Of a DNA stretch of 58,707 bases, positions 17,525 through 26,625 are shown one piece after another. This DNA comes from an uncultured Candidatus Saccharibacteria bacterium (GTDB lineage Bacteria > Patescibacteriota > Minisyncoccia > Phycocordibacterales > UBA6899). The position numbers and the translations under genes are program-made. Each line of letters begins with the position of its first letter. Position 1 is the first letter of the stretch. Location of the stretch: NCBI GenBank assembly GCA_964515375.1, contig CAZERF010000001.1:181243-239949 (forward strand), in the 5' to 3' direction. The notes under the pieces are model-generated. The model was given only the letters and a program-made list of their open reading frames with translations, made no database searches and was not told where the DNA came from.

Positions 17525-20500
17525 CTATGAGTGAGTGATACCAAAAGCGAAGGTGGTTTGGGTGATAGCTGGGGCGTTTTGTGGTGCGTGTACGTATTGC
17601 TTTAGAGCTTTGTATAGACGATCTGTCTCTGCAAGATTGTTATCATTAAGAGCGGTGTTAATCTGACGAGCTATTCGTTCTACTTTGCGACGCAGGTGGA
17701 GATTACGCGTCTGAAGCGTGGTAAACAAATGATCCTGTTCCTCTGCTGACCAGCCATACTCGCGAGCCTTGGCGTGTACATTTTGCTTGGTGGGTGTTAG
17801 AGAGACCTCTTCCCCGCCGGTAGTGGTAATGAGATCCGAACCAAACGTAACAGTACGATCTTCATGCTTGCCAATATTGATACTGAATTGCTTAGCTGGG
17901 CGATCTTGTATGTCATTTCTGATCTTCTTTAAGGCAAGTGCACGCGGTACTAGGTCGAGTTGATTAGCCTGTTCATCATTGGCAAAGAAGAAAGGTTTTG
18001 TGATGGTTGTTCGCTCATCTGTAAGGGTAAAGTTGGCCATAGTAATGACCGACTGTGGTGATAGTAGTGTATCAAGCTTCGTCCATGAGCCAAATGGAAT
18101 TCGTTCGACCTGAGCGCGCTTGCTGTCGCCGGCTGTCTGGTAAAAATTAAAGAGATCGCGCTTAAATACATCTTCGGCAAACGAACCTGTCTCGGCTTCT
18201 AGTCGCTCGTAGATTTTCTTTGCTTCTTCTTCATCGGTACTGTATATACCAATATACTCACGCGGATCGGTGTCTTCTCCTAAAACAGATGAGTCTGTAC
18301 CAATGGCGTGCTTAATAAGCTCTATCTTGCGACGGAGACGTTCTACAAGTGCAAGAAACTCATCCAGATCGGCTGAGGGGAGGAAGTTTTCGATTGTTAC
18401 CTGTTCAAACCTTGAGCCAATACGATTGATACGACCGTTGCGCTGAATCATTCGCACTGGGTTCCAATGCAAGTCATAATTGATAAGTAGCCCGGCATCT
18501 TGAAGGTTCTGGCCTTCAGACAAGACATCGGTTGTAAACAAGTAAGTAAGCTCGGCCTCTTCAGGTTTGAGAATGTAGTCACGCGCGATTGGTGAAAATC
18601 TGTCGGCTGCATTAATAGCACTGGACTTAGTAGCGCCGGAGACGAACTCAGCACTTTTTATGATAGCGCTACACTCTGGATCGTTACTGAGACGATCTTT
18701 CAGATGGCTGATGGTGTCAGCGTAAAAGGAGAAGATGAGCACTTTTTGTTTCGGATCCTTCTGGTGTATATCCAAAATATGCTGTCTGAAGTTATGCCAC
18801 TTCGCATCATTTAATTTTAATTCTGCGACGTACTTGCGTATCTGGTTGAGGAGTGCTAATTCGGTTTGGATGTCCTCAGACAACTCCTTGACCACCAATG
18901 ACTCTGCAGGAAGCAAGCCCTTATCTTTCACGAGCTGTTCAATTTCTTCATCTGTCATTGCAAGTTCGTCACCAGTATCTTCTGCATATTCATCAAGAAT
19001 GTCGTCAATATCAGAAATTTGTGCAATAGCGTTCTCCTTTTCGAGGATTTTTGCAAAGAGTGTAAGACGCTTTTCGTAGCGATTTAGCGATGACTCAAGT
19101 GCATACATTGAAGATTCGAGACGCTTCAAGAAGGTTGTTCTGATAATACCGTAAATACTGAGTTGTCTGTTGATCGCCTGTGCTTCTTCCCTTTTGGCAA
19201 AGCGTATATTTCTTACTTCATCTCGAGTTTTGCCATACACTCGTGCATCGTACATACGCCACCGGTACGGAACAAACGAGAGTGAAAGTATGAGCTGATA
19301 GAGATGGTAAATGGTTGACCGTGTTTCGATTGTCTCACTTTGAGATCCTGAGGTTAATTTGAGTTGTCTAACTGGGTGGAGGAACGTATCCATGGTTTCC
19401 CCGATCATCTCATTTGTGAAATGATGAATGAAAGAAAAATCATGATTATCCAACCCTGAAAGTGCAGGATGAGTATACGTTCGTGTTTTTACTGACACTT
19501 CAGGGAAGGTTACGACAGTGCCATCGCTATACGTTAGAGAACCAATACTTTCTCGAGTATTTCGCACCACAAAACTTTGGATCGCAGGCTCTAGTAACAT
19601 GCGTGACTCTTTGTAGATATCTATAATCTGGTCTTCGCTTGCTCCTTGGGCAGCGTTTTGATTGAGCTTCTTCTTGATGTTCTGCACTACTTCATAGAGT
19701 GAGCGCACTACTACTTGGTTATTAGAATCAATGTATGGGACAGTGAAAATATCCTGTTCTCCGCGTACCGCCAGTAAGATCTGATTGATAAGGTCGTCGA
19801 GTGAATTATTGATTGGAGTGGCGGTTGCCAAAAGCACGTGAGCTGATTCATTATATTCACTCGCAATCCAGTCAGATAGCAATTCGTAGCGCGTAGCGTT
19901 GGCCGAGCGGAGGTTATGAGATTCGTCTATGACAAATAACGAAACAGGAGCAAACAGGTCAATCTTGCGCGCATCTTCTATCTCCTGCCTATTTTGCAAT
20001 GAAATGACTCTAGCGTGGAAGATACCTTCTTTGGCCAGCTCCTTCTCCCAGTGTGACTTTAACGAAGCTGGTGCAACAATAACAACACGTTGATTCTTGT
20101 ACTGCTTGATCACTCCTATACAGCTGAGAGTTTTTCCGAGACCGACAGAATCGGCTAGCATAGCCACTCCTTGAACATCAAGCATCCGTTTGATGTTTTT
20201 GACATTACGTTCCTGAAATTCAAAGAGAGTGTAAGCGTGTGGATGGATAATATTTTCCTTCTGAGATTCGATTTCCTGCTTGTATAGCTCGTATAAAATG
20301 CGGAGATAGATTTCCTGAGGAGAGTATAGGGTATCGCCGTGTTTTGATGTGGAGATTAGTTCAGTGAATTGCCCCGACCATTCCTCTGTCATTTCATCGT
20401 TCCACTTTGTGTCAAACCAACTAAGGTGACCGGTCTCTTGGGTGTCGTTCTTTGGCATGAATGTAACAACACGGTGATCAGACTCCAGTGCGTTCAGCTC

Positions 20501-20965
20501 AGTGTTGGTAGTAAAGCCATTACGGGTGAAGTTGGATGAACCAATGATACCGATTGCTTCGGCTGATTCATAAGTACCAAAGATATAACACTTGGCGTGC
20601 AAAAATGACCGACGATAAACACGGACTTCAATAACCCCTTGATCAATGAGTTCCTTCATCCGCACCACGACAGTTGTGAGTTCTGGCGATGGTGCAATGC
20701 GTTCTAAGTCACTGAAAAAGTCTTGATCTGGGTAGTCTGGCTCAGGCTGTTCGATACCTTTGGTGTTATCTCGCTTTAGGAGTGGTTCGCGGCCGATTAG
20801 GATTCGGATCTTTTTGTACTTAGAAACTGAATCAAGAACCAGCTTCATTCCTTCTATATCCCAGTATCCGGTTGCTACTGATAACTCATTGTACGCTGAA
20901 GCAATTCGCAAAAAGGTATCGAGCAAAGAAATACGTTCATTATCAATAATTTTTGGAATTGGCAT
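17525..20965 (-). CDS. PLD-nuclease + SNF2-family helicase fusion
   Basis: VATGYW, FLHAKCYIF...GSSNFT (PLD-like), ADSVGLGKT (Walker A), IDESHN, LATATPINN, TDVLSEGQNLQ, WNPVRMIQRNGRINRIG. Confidence 0.9.
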   Translation of the reverse strand: MPIPKIIDNERISLLDTFLRIASAYNELSVATGYWDIEGMKLVLDSVSKYKKIRILIGREPLLKRDNTKGIEQPEPDYPDQDFFSDLERIAPSPELTTVVVRMKELIDQGVIEVRVYRRSFLHAKCYIFGTYESAEAIGIIGSSNFTRNGFTTNTELNALESDHRVVTFMPKNDTQETGHLSWFDTKWNDEMTEEWSGQFTELISTSKHGDTLYSPQEIYLRILYELYKQEIESQKENIIHPHAYTLFEFQERNVKNIKRMLDVQGVAMLADSVGLGKTLSCIGVIKQYKNQRVVIVAPASLKSHWEKELAKEGIFHARVISLQNRQEIEDARKIDLFAPVSLFVIDESHNLRSANATRYELLSDWIASEYNESAHVLLATATPINNSLDDLINQILLAVRGEQDIFTVPYIDSNNQVVVRSLYEVVQNIKKKLNQNAAQGASEDQIIDIYKESRMLLEPAIQSFVVRNTRESIGSLTYSDGTVVTFPEVSVKTRTYTHPALSGLDNHDFSFIHHFTNEMIGETMDTFLHPVRQLKLTSGSQSETIETRSTIYHLYQLILSLSFVPYRWRMYDARVYGKTRDEVRNIRFAKREEAQAINRQLSIYGIIRTTFLKRLESSMYALESSLNRYEKRLTLFAKILEKENAIAQISDIDDILDEYAEDTGDELAMTDEEIEQLVKDKGLLPAESLVVKELSEDIQTELALLNQIRKYVAELKLNDAKWHNFRQHILDIHQKDPKQKVLIFSFYADTISHLKDRLSNDPECSAIIKSAEFVSGATKSSAINAADRFSPIARDYILKPEEAELTYLFTTDVLSEGQNLQDAGLLINYDLHWNPVRMIQRNGRINRIGSRFEQVTIENFLPSADLDEFLALVERLRRKIELIKHAIGTDSSVLGEDTDPREYIGIYSTDEEEAKKIYERLEAETGSFAEDVFKRDLFNFYQTAGDSKRAQVERIPFGSWTKLDTLLSPQSVITMANFTLTDERTTITKPFFFANDEQANQLDLVPRALALKKIRNDIQDRPAKQFSINIGKHEDRTVTFGSDLITTTGGEEVSLTPTKQNVHAKAREYGWSAEEQDHLFTTLQTRNLHLRRKVERIARQINTALNDNNLAETDRLYKALKQYVHAPQNAPAITQTTFAFGITHS

Positions 20966-21008
20966 AGCATAATAAGACTAACATTTTCATGATGTTTTCT
21001 CAATTTTC

Positions 21009-21720
21009 TGTATAACCTCACCCCTTTCTGCACTTCCCGCCCTTGAATGACTAATTGCTCTCTTTGTACCATGAACTGGTACGGTGACTGCAAGTTCTTG
21101 AAGGCATGGTGGACCCGATCGGTATTGTAGAAGCGAAGATACTCCTCAAGCTTCATCTCAAACTGTGTCCGGTCCACCAACAACAGCCCCATGTGATATC
21201 GCGTGAATTCTTCCTGGAGGGTGCGATTGAAACGTTCAATATGTGCGTTCATCTTGGGAGTATGGGGATAGGTGTGATAGTGGGTCATTGCAAGTGTTCT
21301 CACCTCTTGTGCAAAGTGTTTCTTGAACTCACTCCCGTTGTCCGTGAGCACGATGTCGATCACATGCGGGAAACGTGCTTGTACTTCCGTGAGGATCGCT
21401 CGTGCCACCAAAGAGGCGTGTGAGCGGGTGAGGAAGGCGAATGCGGTACGGGTATAGATATCTTCCGCCGTCACGATATACCAACGCTCCCCACTGCGGG
21501 TCCATAACTCAACGGTATCAAGTGCAAGACAGTGTCCGGGGTATTCCGCCTTGAATGCCTTGGGTTTGCGGAGCACGGGCGTCATGACCCGCTTCACTCT
21601 TCCGGTGCCCGTGATCCGTGTCGGGAAGGTACGCAGTCCGCCCATGTCATGAATGAGTCGCTCAATGGTGACGGATTTGGGGCAGGTGACCCCGACCGAG
21701 GTATTATTGAAGTCGTTCGG
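21009..21720 (-). mobile_element. 5'-truncated IS481-like insertion sequence (integrase-core transposase)
   Basis: rve DDE core: ALDTVE, LTDNGSEF, HIERFNRTLQEEF. In-frame stop upstream near 21720 and no N-terminal HTH. TGTATAACC at 21009 fits an IS481-type TGT end. Confidence 0.7.
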
Positions 21721-21800
21721 TTAGGAAGTTGAATTCGCCTTTTGAAAAATACAAACAATTAAAGAGAGCAATGCCTGACCCTGTTTTTTGTTTTCATGGT

Positions 21801-22622
21801 CTAACTACTTATCGGAATTATTCCTCGACAATGAGGAAATTTTGAGCAGCCCCAGAAGTCATGGCCGGCCATTTCTCCATGACGCGCAGTACGACGGATC
21901 ATTCCCTCTCCGCAATGAGGGCAACGTGGACCTTCCTGATTTGTTTTGACTGTGCTCACGTCCGAAAGATCTAACTTTTCGGAAAGACTGTCCCCATCTA
22001 AAAGCGTAATTACTCTCCCCTCTGCAAACTCCTCTGCGGCACTCGTGAAATGACCAGATGTAACAACAAACCCACCAGCGGCGCCACGAGAAGTCATCAC
22101 GCCATAGAGATCACGAACGGTATGCACGGGAACCTTCCACGCACGATAATGTTTACACTGCACGAGAAATAATTCACCATCTTTCCGGAGCTCAATATCA
22201 ACACCACCGTCTGCGTGCGATCCACCCGCCTGAATGACGTCATATCCTTGAGACTTGAACCAAGCACCAATGAGAATTTCAAAATCTCTCCAGCTCATCT
22301 TCGAAAGCGATTGCGTCACTCCTTTTGAACCAGTACTCCAGAGAAGCTCCTTGCCGCGAAAATCATGCCAAAATGCCGCAATAGCTGCCATGACAAAAAT
22401 GAACGGAAGAAGGTATTGCCCAAACAATGAAACAAGAGACATGATGATACCGATACCCTCCAAAGACCCAAGTGGGTATTTGTTCGAAAGATAGTGGAGC
22501 GCGAAATAAGAAAAAACTGCCAACCCGAAATTTAACCACCAAGGCAGCAACATGATTGCTTCGAAAAGCATATCGAAAAACACATCTGCGGGCCCATCGT
22601 TTTGTCTTCTTCGTCGTGACAT
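21801..22622 (-). CDS. Membrane-anchored Mrr-like restriction endonuclease with C4 zinc ribbon
   Basis: Two N-terminal TMs, WRDFEILIGAWF, ADGGVDI...VQCKHY, C-terminal CPHC...FWGCSKFPHC. Confidence 0.88.
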   Translation of the reverse strand: MSRRRRQNDGPADVFFDMLFEAIMLLPWWLNFGLAVFSYFALHYLSNKYPLGSLEGIGIIMSLVSLFGQYLLPFIFVMAAIAAFWHDFRGKELLWSTGSKGVTQSLSKMSWRDFEILIGAWFKSQGYDVIQAGGSHADGGVDIELRKDGELFLVQCKHYRAWKVPVHTVRDLYGVMTSRGAAGGFVVTSGHFTSAAEEFAEGRVITLLDGDSLSEKLDLSDVSTVKTNQEGPRCPHCGEGMIRRTARHGEMAGHDFWGCSKFPHCRGIIPISS

Positions 22623-22666
22623 GATTTTATCTATACAACTTTAAAAAACAAACACAATCATTAATA

Positions 22667-23485
22667 TCAGAACGGTATCGTCCTTGGGTCAATATCGCCG
22701 GCATACAAAGTTGTCGTTTCCAAGAATTTGTCTGCAAATATTTTACCCTTTTTTGTAAGAGCAATCCTATTTTCGTCCCTCATGAAATCAACCAATTCCT
22801 TTACATCAGCAATCGCAAGAACATCTGGATCAACTGTCGTCCCCGATTGAAGGTAACCGCCATTTTTATAAACGCAATTTAATATTTGTGAGTACTCTTT
22901 GAATAATTGGTGTTTTTTAAATTCTTCATACTCAATCAACCACTTTTGTTCATCAGTAAGTGTTTCTGAAAGTTTATTTGCAGTCTGAACCTTCGTGATT
23001 TCTTTTTGAATCTTTTTCGTACTTATCACTTCCTTTGCAATTTCTTTTCCGATTATTTCTTTTTCACCATTGATGCGAATCTTTTCCCTCTCTACACGAT
23101 AATCTGTGTCTAACTGATCTGCTTTTAACAGAAACCAATCAGGAAACTTCCAAATTGTGAGAACCGTCATCAGCACAGAAAAAACCCACGCGAGATAAAA
23201 ATATGGATCACTCCAATTCATGTATGAAATCTTCAGATAGTCAGTTTTTAACATCCTCTCTGATTGCCATATTTGTTCGGAGCTCACAAAAAATAATGAT
23301 ACTAAAAACTGCCAATGAAATATTGTCCAATATATTACAAACGTCCCAAAAACCGGAGACAACATTCTTCGTCCCAATTCTTGCTTAACTGAATCAACAA
23401 TTTCATTTTTTGCCTCCATATTTGGAATTTTTTTATTCAAACTAATCCTATTCCTCATCTGGATAAAATTCAAGCTGGAAGGCAC
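22667..23485 (-). CDS. AT-rich hypothetical protein: 2 TM + coiled coil + possible winged helix
   Basis: TMs at FGTFVIYWTIFHW and FYLAWVFSVLMTVL; Lys/Glu-rich middle; C-terminal IALTKKGKIF. Start uncertain (MEAKNE is an alternative). Confidence 0.65.
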   Translation of the reverse strand: MPSSLNFIQMRNRISLNKKIPNMEAKNEIVDSVKQELGRRMLSPVFGTFVIYWTIFHWQFLVSLFFVSSEQIWQSERMLKTDYLKISYMNWSDPYFYLAWVFSVLMTVLTIWKFPDWFLLKADQLDTDYRVEREKIRINGEKEIIGKEIAKEVISTKKIQKEITKVQTANKLSETLTDEQKWLIEYEEFKKHQLFKEYSQILNCVYKNGGYLQSGTTVDPDVLAIADVKELVDFMRDENRIALTKKGKIFADKFLETTTLYAGDIDPRTIPF

Positions 23486-23748
23486 CTGTGGGCTCCCGTG
23501 GGGTGCAAGGAGGGGTGGTTGCTTGCGGAGCGGTCAAGGATACAGTTTGGAGTTGAGAGTCTGTAGATGAGAGGAAATAGAGGGTAGCGAGTTGGGGGGC
23601 AGGAAAATGCAAGAAAATGTAAATACGGATGCAAAAAAAACACATGGCACCCCTCTCCAAGAACCAGAGAAATACCCTGTGTTTAGAGAGACAAGAGAAA
23701 AAGCATACCGCACAATGGTATGCTTTTGTGATCATGGAAACCACTTAA

Positions 23749-23973
23749 TTAAGTGGTTTTTGTTTTGAACATCCGGCTGTGTTTCTCAACGAGATCTCTT
23801 TGATCCTTGTTTGATTCACGCACAACCTCGCGGATGAATTCTCGCTTCTCCTGAGAGGAGGGATCGATCATGGGCGTATCGAGTTGTCCACTCGCCATTC
23901 CTGATGATGGTGATATATTTTCCTCTGTTTCATTTTGTTGAACACTTAAACCTGGCAAGTGTTCAGTTCGCAA
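23749..23973 (-). CDS. Small hypothetical protein
   Basis: 74 aa, C-terminal helix EKREFIREVVRESNKDQRDLVEK; followed by hairpins at 23700-23760. Confidence 0.45.
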   Translation of the reverse strand: MRTEHLPGLSVQQNETEENISPSSGMASGQLDTPMIDPSSQEKREFIREVVRESNKDQRDLVEKHSRMFKTKTT

Positions 23974-24005
23974 TCTGAGTGAAAGAAACCAAAAAAACAG
24001 ACCCT

Positions 24006-24575
24006 CTACTTTTTCATCCCCTTCATGGGAGAGAAAGCAGATCGCATCATTTTGCTAAATTTAGGCTTTATATCCCTCTTAAATGCCGATTCGGAGTCAC
24101 TCAGATGCTGCGCCAAAAATGCCTCTAGCTCGGCCACGACTTCGGTGCGAGTTTTTCCTTTTCTGGACGACATAATATCGTCAACGATAGACCCCTTCAT
24201 AGTTCGTCCCGACTCATAAACCATCTTAAGCCCGCGCTCGAGATTTTTGCTTTTATCTCCATATTTCAGAATCTGGTGCATAACATCATTCCTGCGTTTT
24301 CTATACAAAGAAAGCTGCTCATATAATTCTTTACTAATCTTTCCAGCAATAAACAGCTCGTCAGTAATCCTGGCGAGTTCAAAATTTTTAAATTTACCCC
24401 TCAAATGTTCGCTTCTGTTAACGACAGCCTCCATTTTTAAAGATGCATACGATTTTATCACTGCCTCAAAAACACATGCTTGAAGCAAAAATGCCTGCAA
24501 ATACTCTTTTTGATTGAACGCTTGCTCTGCTTTTTCTACCAATACGTTGTAATTCCTTCTTTCTGCTTCTTTCAC
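24006..24575 (-). CDS. HEPN-like protein
   Basis: AFLLQACVFEAVIK helix and RNDVMH (R-x4-H). Confidence 0.6.
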   Translation of the reverse strand: MKEAERRNYNVLVEKAEQAFNQKEYLQAFLLQACVFEAVIKSYASLKMEAVVNRSEHLRGKFKNFELARITDELFIAGKISKELYEQLSLYRKRRNDVMHQILKYGDKSKNLERGLKMVYESGRTMKGSIVDDIMSSRKGKTRTEVVAELEAFLAQHLSDSESAFKRDIKPKFSKMMRSAFSPMKGMKK

Positions 24576-24715
24576 AATAAATGTTTTAACTTAAAATAGA
24601 GAGTGCTTTTATTGATGTTCGCATGAAAAGTGAACCAACTTATCTCACTGTCTCAAGAAATGAGCACCTTACAGGGTGCATATGCTTTATATTATGGCCT
24701 ACTCCTCGCCAAACA

Positions 24716-25003
24716 TCACGCTTCGTCCACTTCCACACGAAGGCCGGTGGATCCGAGTTTGTCGGCAACGCGCTTGCATGCGTCTTCCGGTCCGCGAAAC
24801 ACCACCGCCTGACCAAACTGCTGGACGAGTTCGGTGTACTGCTCCGCGGTAGTATTGGAGCAACCAAGTGCTTCAACGAGGAGAAAGACCACTTCACCGA
24901 CAAAATGGCAATGGCAATCAAAGAGCGTGACCTTCCATCCTCGATCGTGGCGGGTCGTGGTCTTCATGACGGTCGCATGTTCGCGGTGTGTTTTTCCAGG
25001 CAT
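24716..25003 (-). CDS. clpS: ClpS-like adaptor protein (divergent pocket)
   Basis: KVTLFDCHCHFVGEVVFLLVEALGCS...A...VQQFGQAVVFRG.ED.C......L...GLRVEV matches the ClpS fold pattern. Confidence 0.7.
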   Translation of the reverse strand: MPGKTHREHATVMKTTTRHDRGWKVTLFDCHCHFVGEVVFLLVEALGCSNTTAEQYTELVQQFGQAVVFRGPEDACKRVADKLGSTGLRVEVDEA

Positions 25004-25130
25004 GGCAATTTTGCCTTTAGTCTACCACTATCATTGAGGGTGTAAACACAGACCCGAGCACGCTATGGTCGCGCGCAAGAGGGCGTTCACCTGCGAGACT
25101 TCCCTTCTTTTTTCTGAAGGTCTATGATGA

Positions 25131-25649
25131 ATGCATATGAAAAACTATGCAATCGGCGCGATCCTTGGGGTCGCCGCCATTGGTCTCGGTGCATATCTCC
25201 TTATTGGTCAAGAAAGTGGTGATGTTGGGGTCGTCGCCGGGGATTCCGCCTGCGCGGAGGTCTGTGCGAGTGCGGAGAGGGCTTGCCCCTCACTTATCAA
25301 CGGGACACTTTGCGCGTCTCGTTGCGAAAAACTTAGCGATGAAACAAAGGAGTATCTGCGTAATGCCGAGTCCTGCGAATCACTGACCGCAAAACCTGAA
25401 CTCCTCGCGGAGGTTGTAATACCCGAAGCGGAAACTCCCAAAGAGGTTGAAGTGTCGAGTGTTTGCGAGGCGGCATGTGCAAACTATGTCAATCGATGTC
25501 TCACGCTTGTTCCGAACGCAACACAAGCACTTTTTGAAGAAGGTCGATCTTCGTGCATGAGTGAATGTGTGAATTGGGCGGAAAGCAAAGCACAGTGCAT
25601 GACGAGCGCGGTCGAATGCACGCAAATGACCGACACGTGCGGTCTCTGA
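25131..25649 (+). CDS. Membrane-anchored/secreted Cys-rich protein with two repeats
   Basis: N-terminal signal/TM; two CxxxC-x6-C...CxxxC units. Confidence 0.75.
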   Translation: MHMKNYAIGAILGVAAIGLGAYLLIGQESGDVGVVAGDSACAEVCASAERACPSLINGTLCASRCEKLSDETKEYLRNAESCESLTAKPELLAEVVIPEAETPKEVEVSSVCEAACANYVNRCLTLVPNATQALFEEGRSSCMSECVNWAESKAQCMTSAVECTQMTDTCGL

Positions 25650-25654
25650 TCCAT

Positions 25655-26602
25655 ATGAAAAAAGAACATATCATCGGCATCGGCGCGGTTGCGACCGTCG
25701 TCGTGATCGGAGCCGCGGTGGCTTCACTCTCGCCCGAAGAACGCACACTGATCGCTCCGGAGAAAGACGAGAGCAATACGGCAAAGATCGAAGAGCTCTA
25801 CTTTGATCAACTAAAGGACGCGGAGCGATATCGTTTTTGTATCGGCGAAGAACGAATATCGGGGACATACTCGAGCTCCCTCATGGGTGAAGAAGAGGGT
25901 GAGGTCTCCTACTACTCCAAGGACGTGAGTGTCTTTGACAAAGAGCGCAACAAGTTGCTGATCCTCGCTCGCACGATCGACTACACATACAAAGGTGCGC
26001 TCTCATACGCTGTAGAGATCGGCATGGGAACGACCGATGTGATCGAATCGGGAAAAACAACCGAATACTTCAAGCTCTCTTCCGCTCCCGCTCGTGGTGA
26101 CGGAAATTCCCTCATCTTCTTCCCCGCTCCCGAAAGAAAGACGAACGACTGGGTGAATGTTGTGACGAAAGGAGTCGGATCGGTCACGATCATGGGAATG
26201 ACTTCCACAGAAACCCGCGTCGACAACGACAAAGGAGACGCGAAAGTATTTTGTGCCCCATTTGCGATCACGGGAGCGGGATCTCTTGATCCCAAGAACG
26301 CGATCGAGGTAAGGAAAGAATGTCCTGATGTTTCCCCTTCACCGGAGACACACTTTGCCGGAGATGTTACCTTTTCCTGCACTCCGATCGGGAACAATGA
26401 CGCGATCACGATGCTTCGTTCATACAAAGCGGAGGAAGAAGTAGCAAACACTCCTCTCCCGTTTCCGGAAGAAGAAAAAAGTACAGAGGAGGCGATCCGC
26501 GATGCGGTCGAAGGAAGTCAGACGTACGAGGAAGATCCCGAGATCATGCGAATGAAGCTCGAGGAAATGCGAAAAGAACTTCAAGAAGAAGGGGTTCAGT
26601 GA
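25655..26602 (+). CDS. Membrane-anchored extracellular hypothetical protein
   Basis: Start MKKEHIIGIG at 25655, 5 nt after the previous stop; N-terminal TM, beta-rich body, acidic tail. Confidence 0.7.
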   Translation: MKKEHIIGIGAVATVVVIGAAVASLSPEERTLIAPEKDESNTAKIEELYFDQLKDAERYRFCIGEERISGTYSSSLMGEEEGEVSYYSKDVSVFDKERNKLLILARTIDYTYKGALSYAVEIGMGTTDVIESGKTTEYFKLSSAPARGDGNSLIFFPAPERKTNDWVNVVTKGVGSVTIMGMTSTETRVDNDKGDAKVFCAPFAITGAGSLDPKNAIEVRKECPDVSPSPETHFAGDVTFSCTPIGNNDAITMLRSYKAEEEVANTPLPFPEEEKSTEEAIRDAVEGSQTYEEDPEIMRMKLEEMRKELQEEGVQ

Positions 26603-26625
26603 TCTCAAGGAAGCCCCTTTGTTTT

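Noticed and set aside
14321-20965. Calling the helicase/MTase pair DISARM or BREX
   Set aside because: No DrmA/DrmB (DUF1998) and no PglZ/BrxC genes are present.
23440-23700. tmRNA, RNase P or SRP RNA in the purine-rich spacer
   Set aside because: No tmRNA termini, no RNase P P4 motif and no SRP loop were recognisable.
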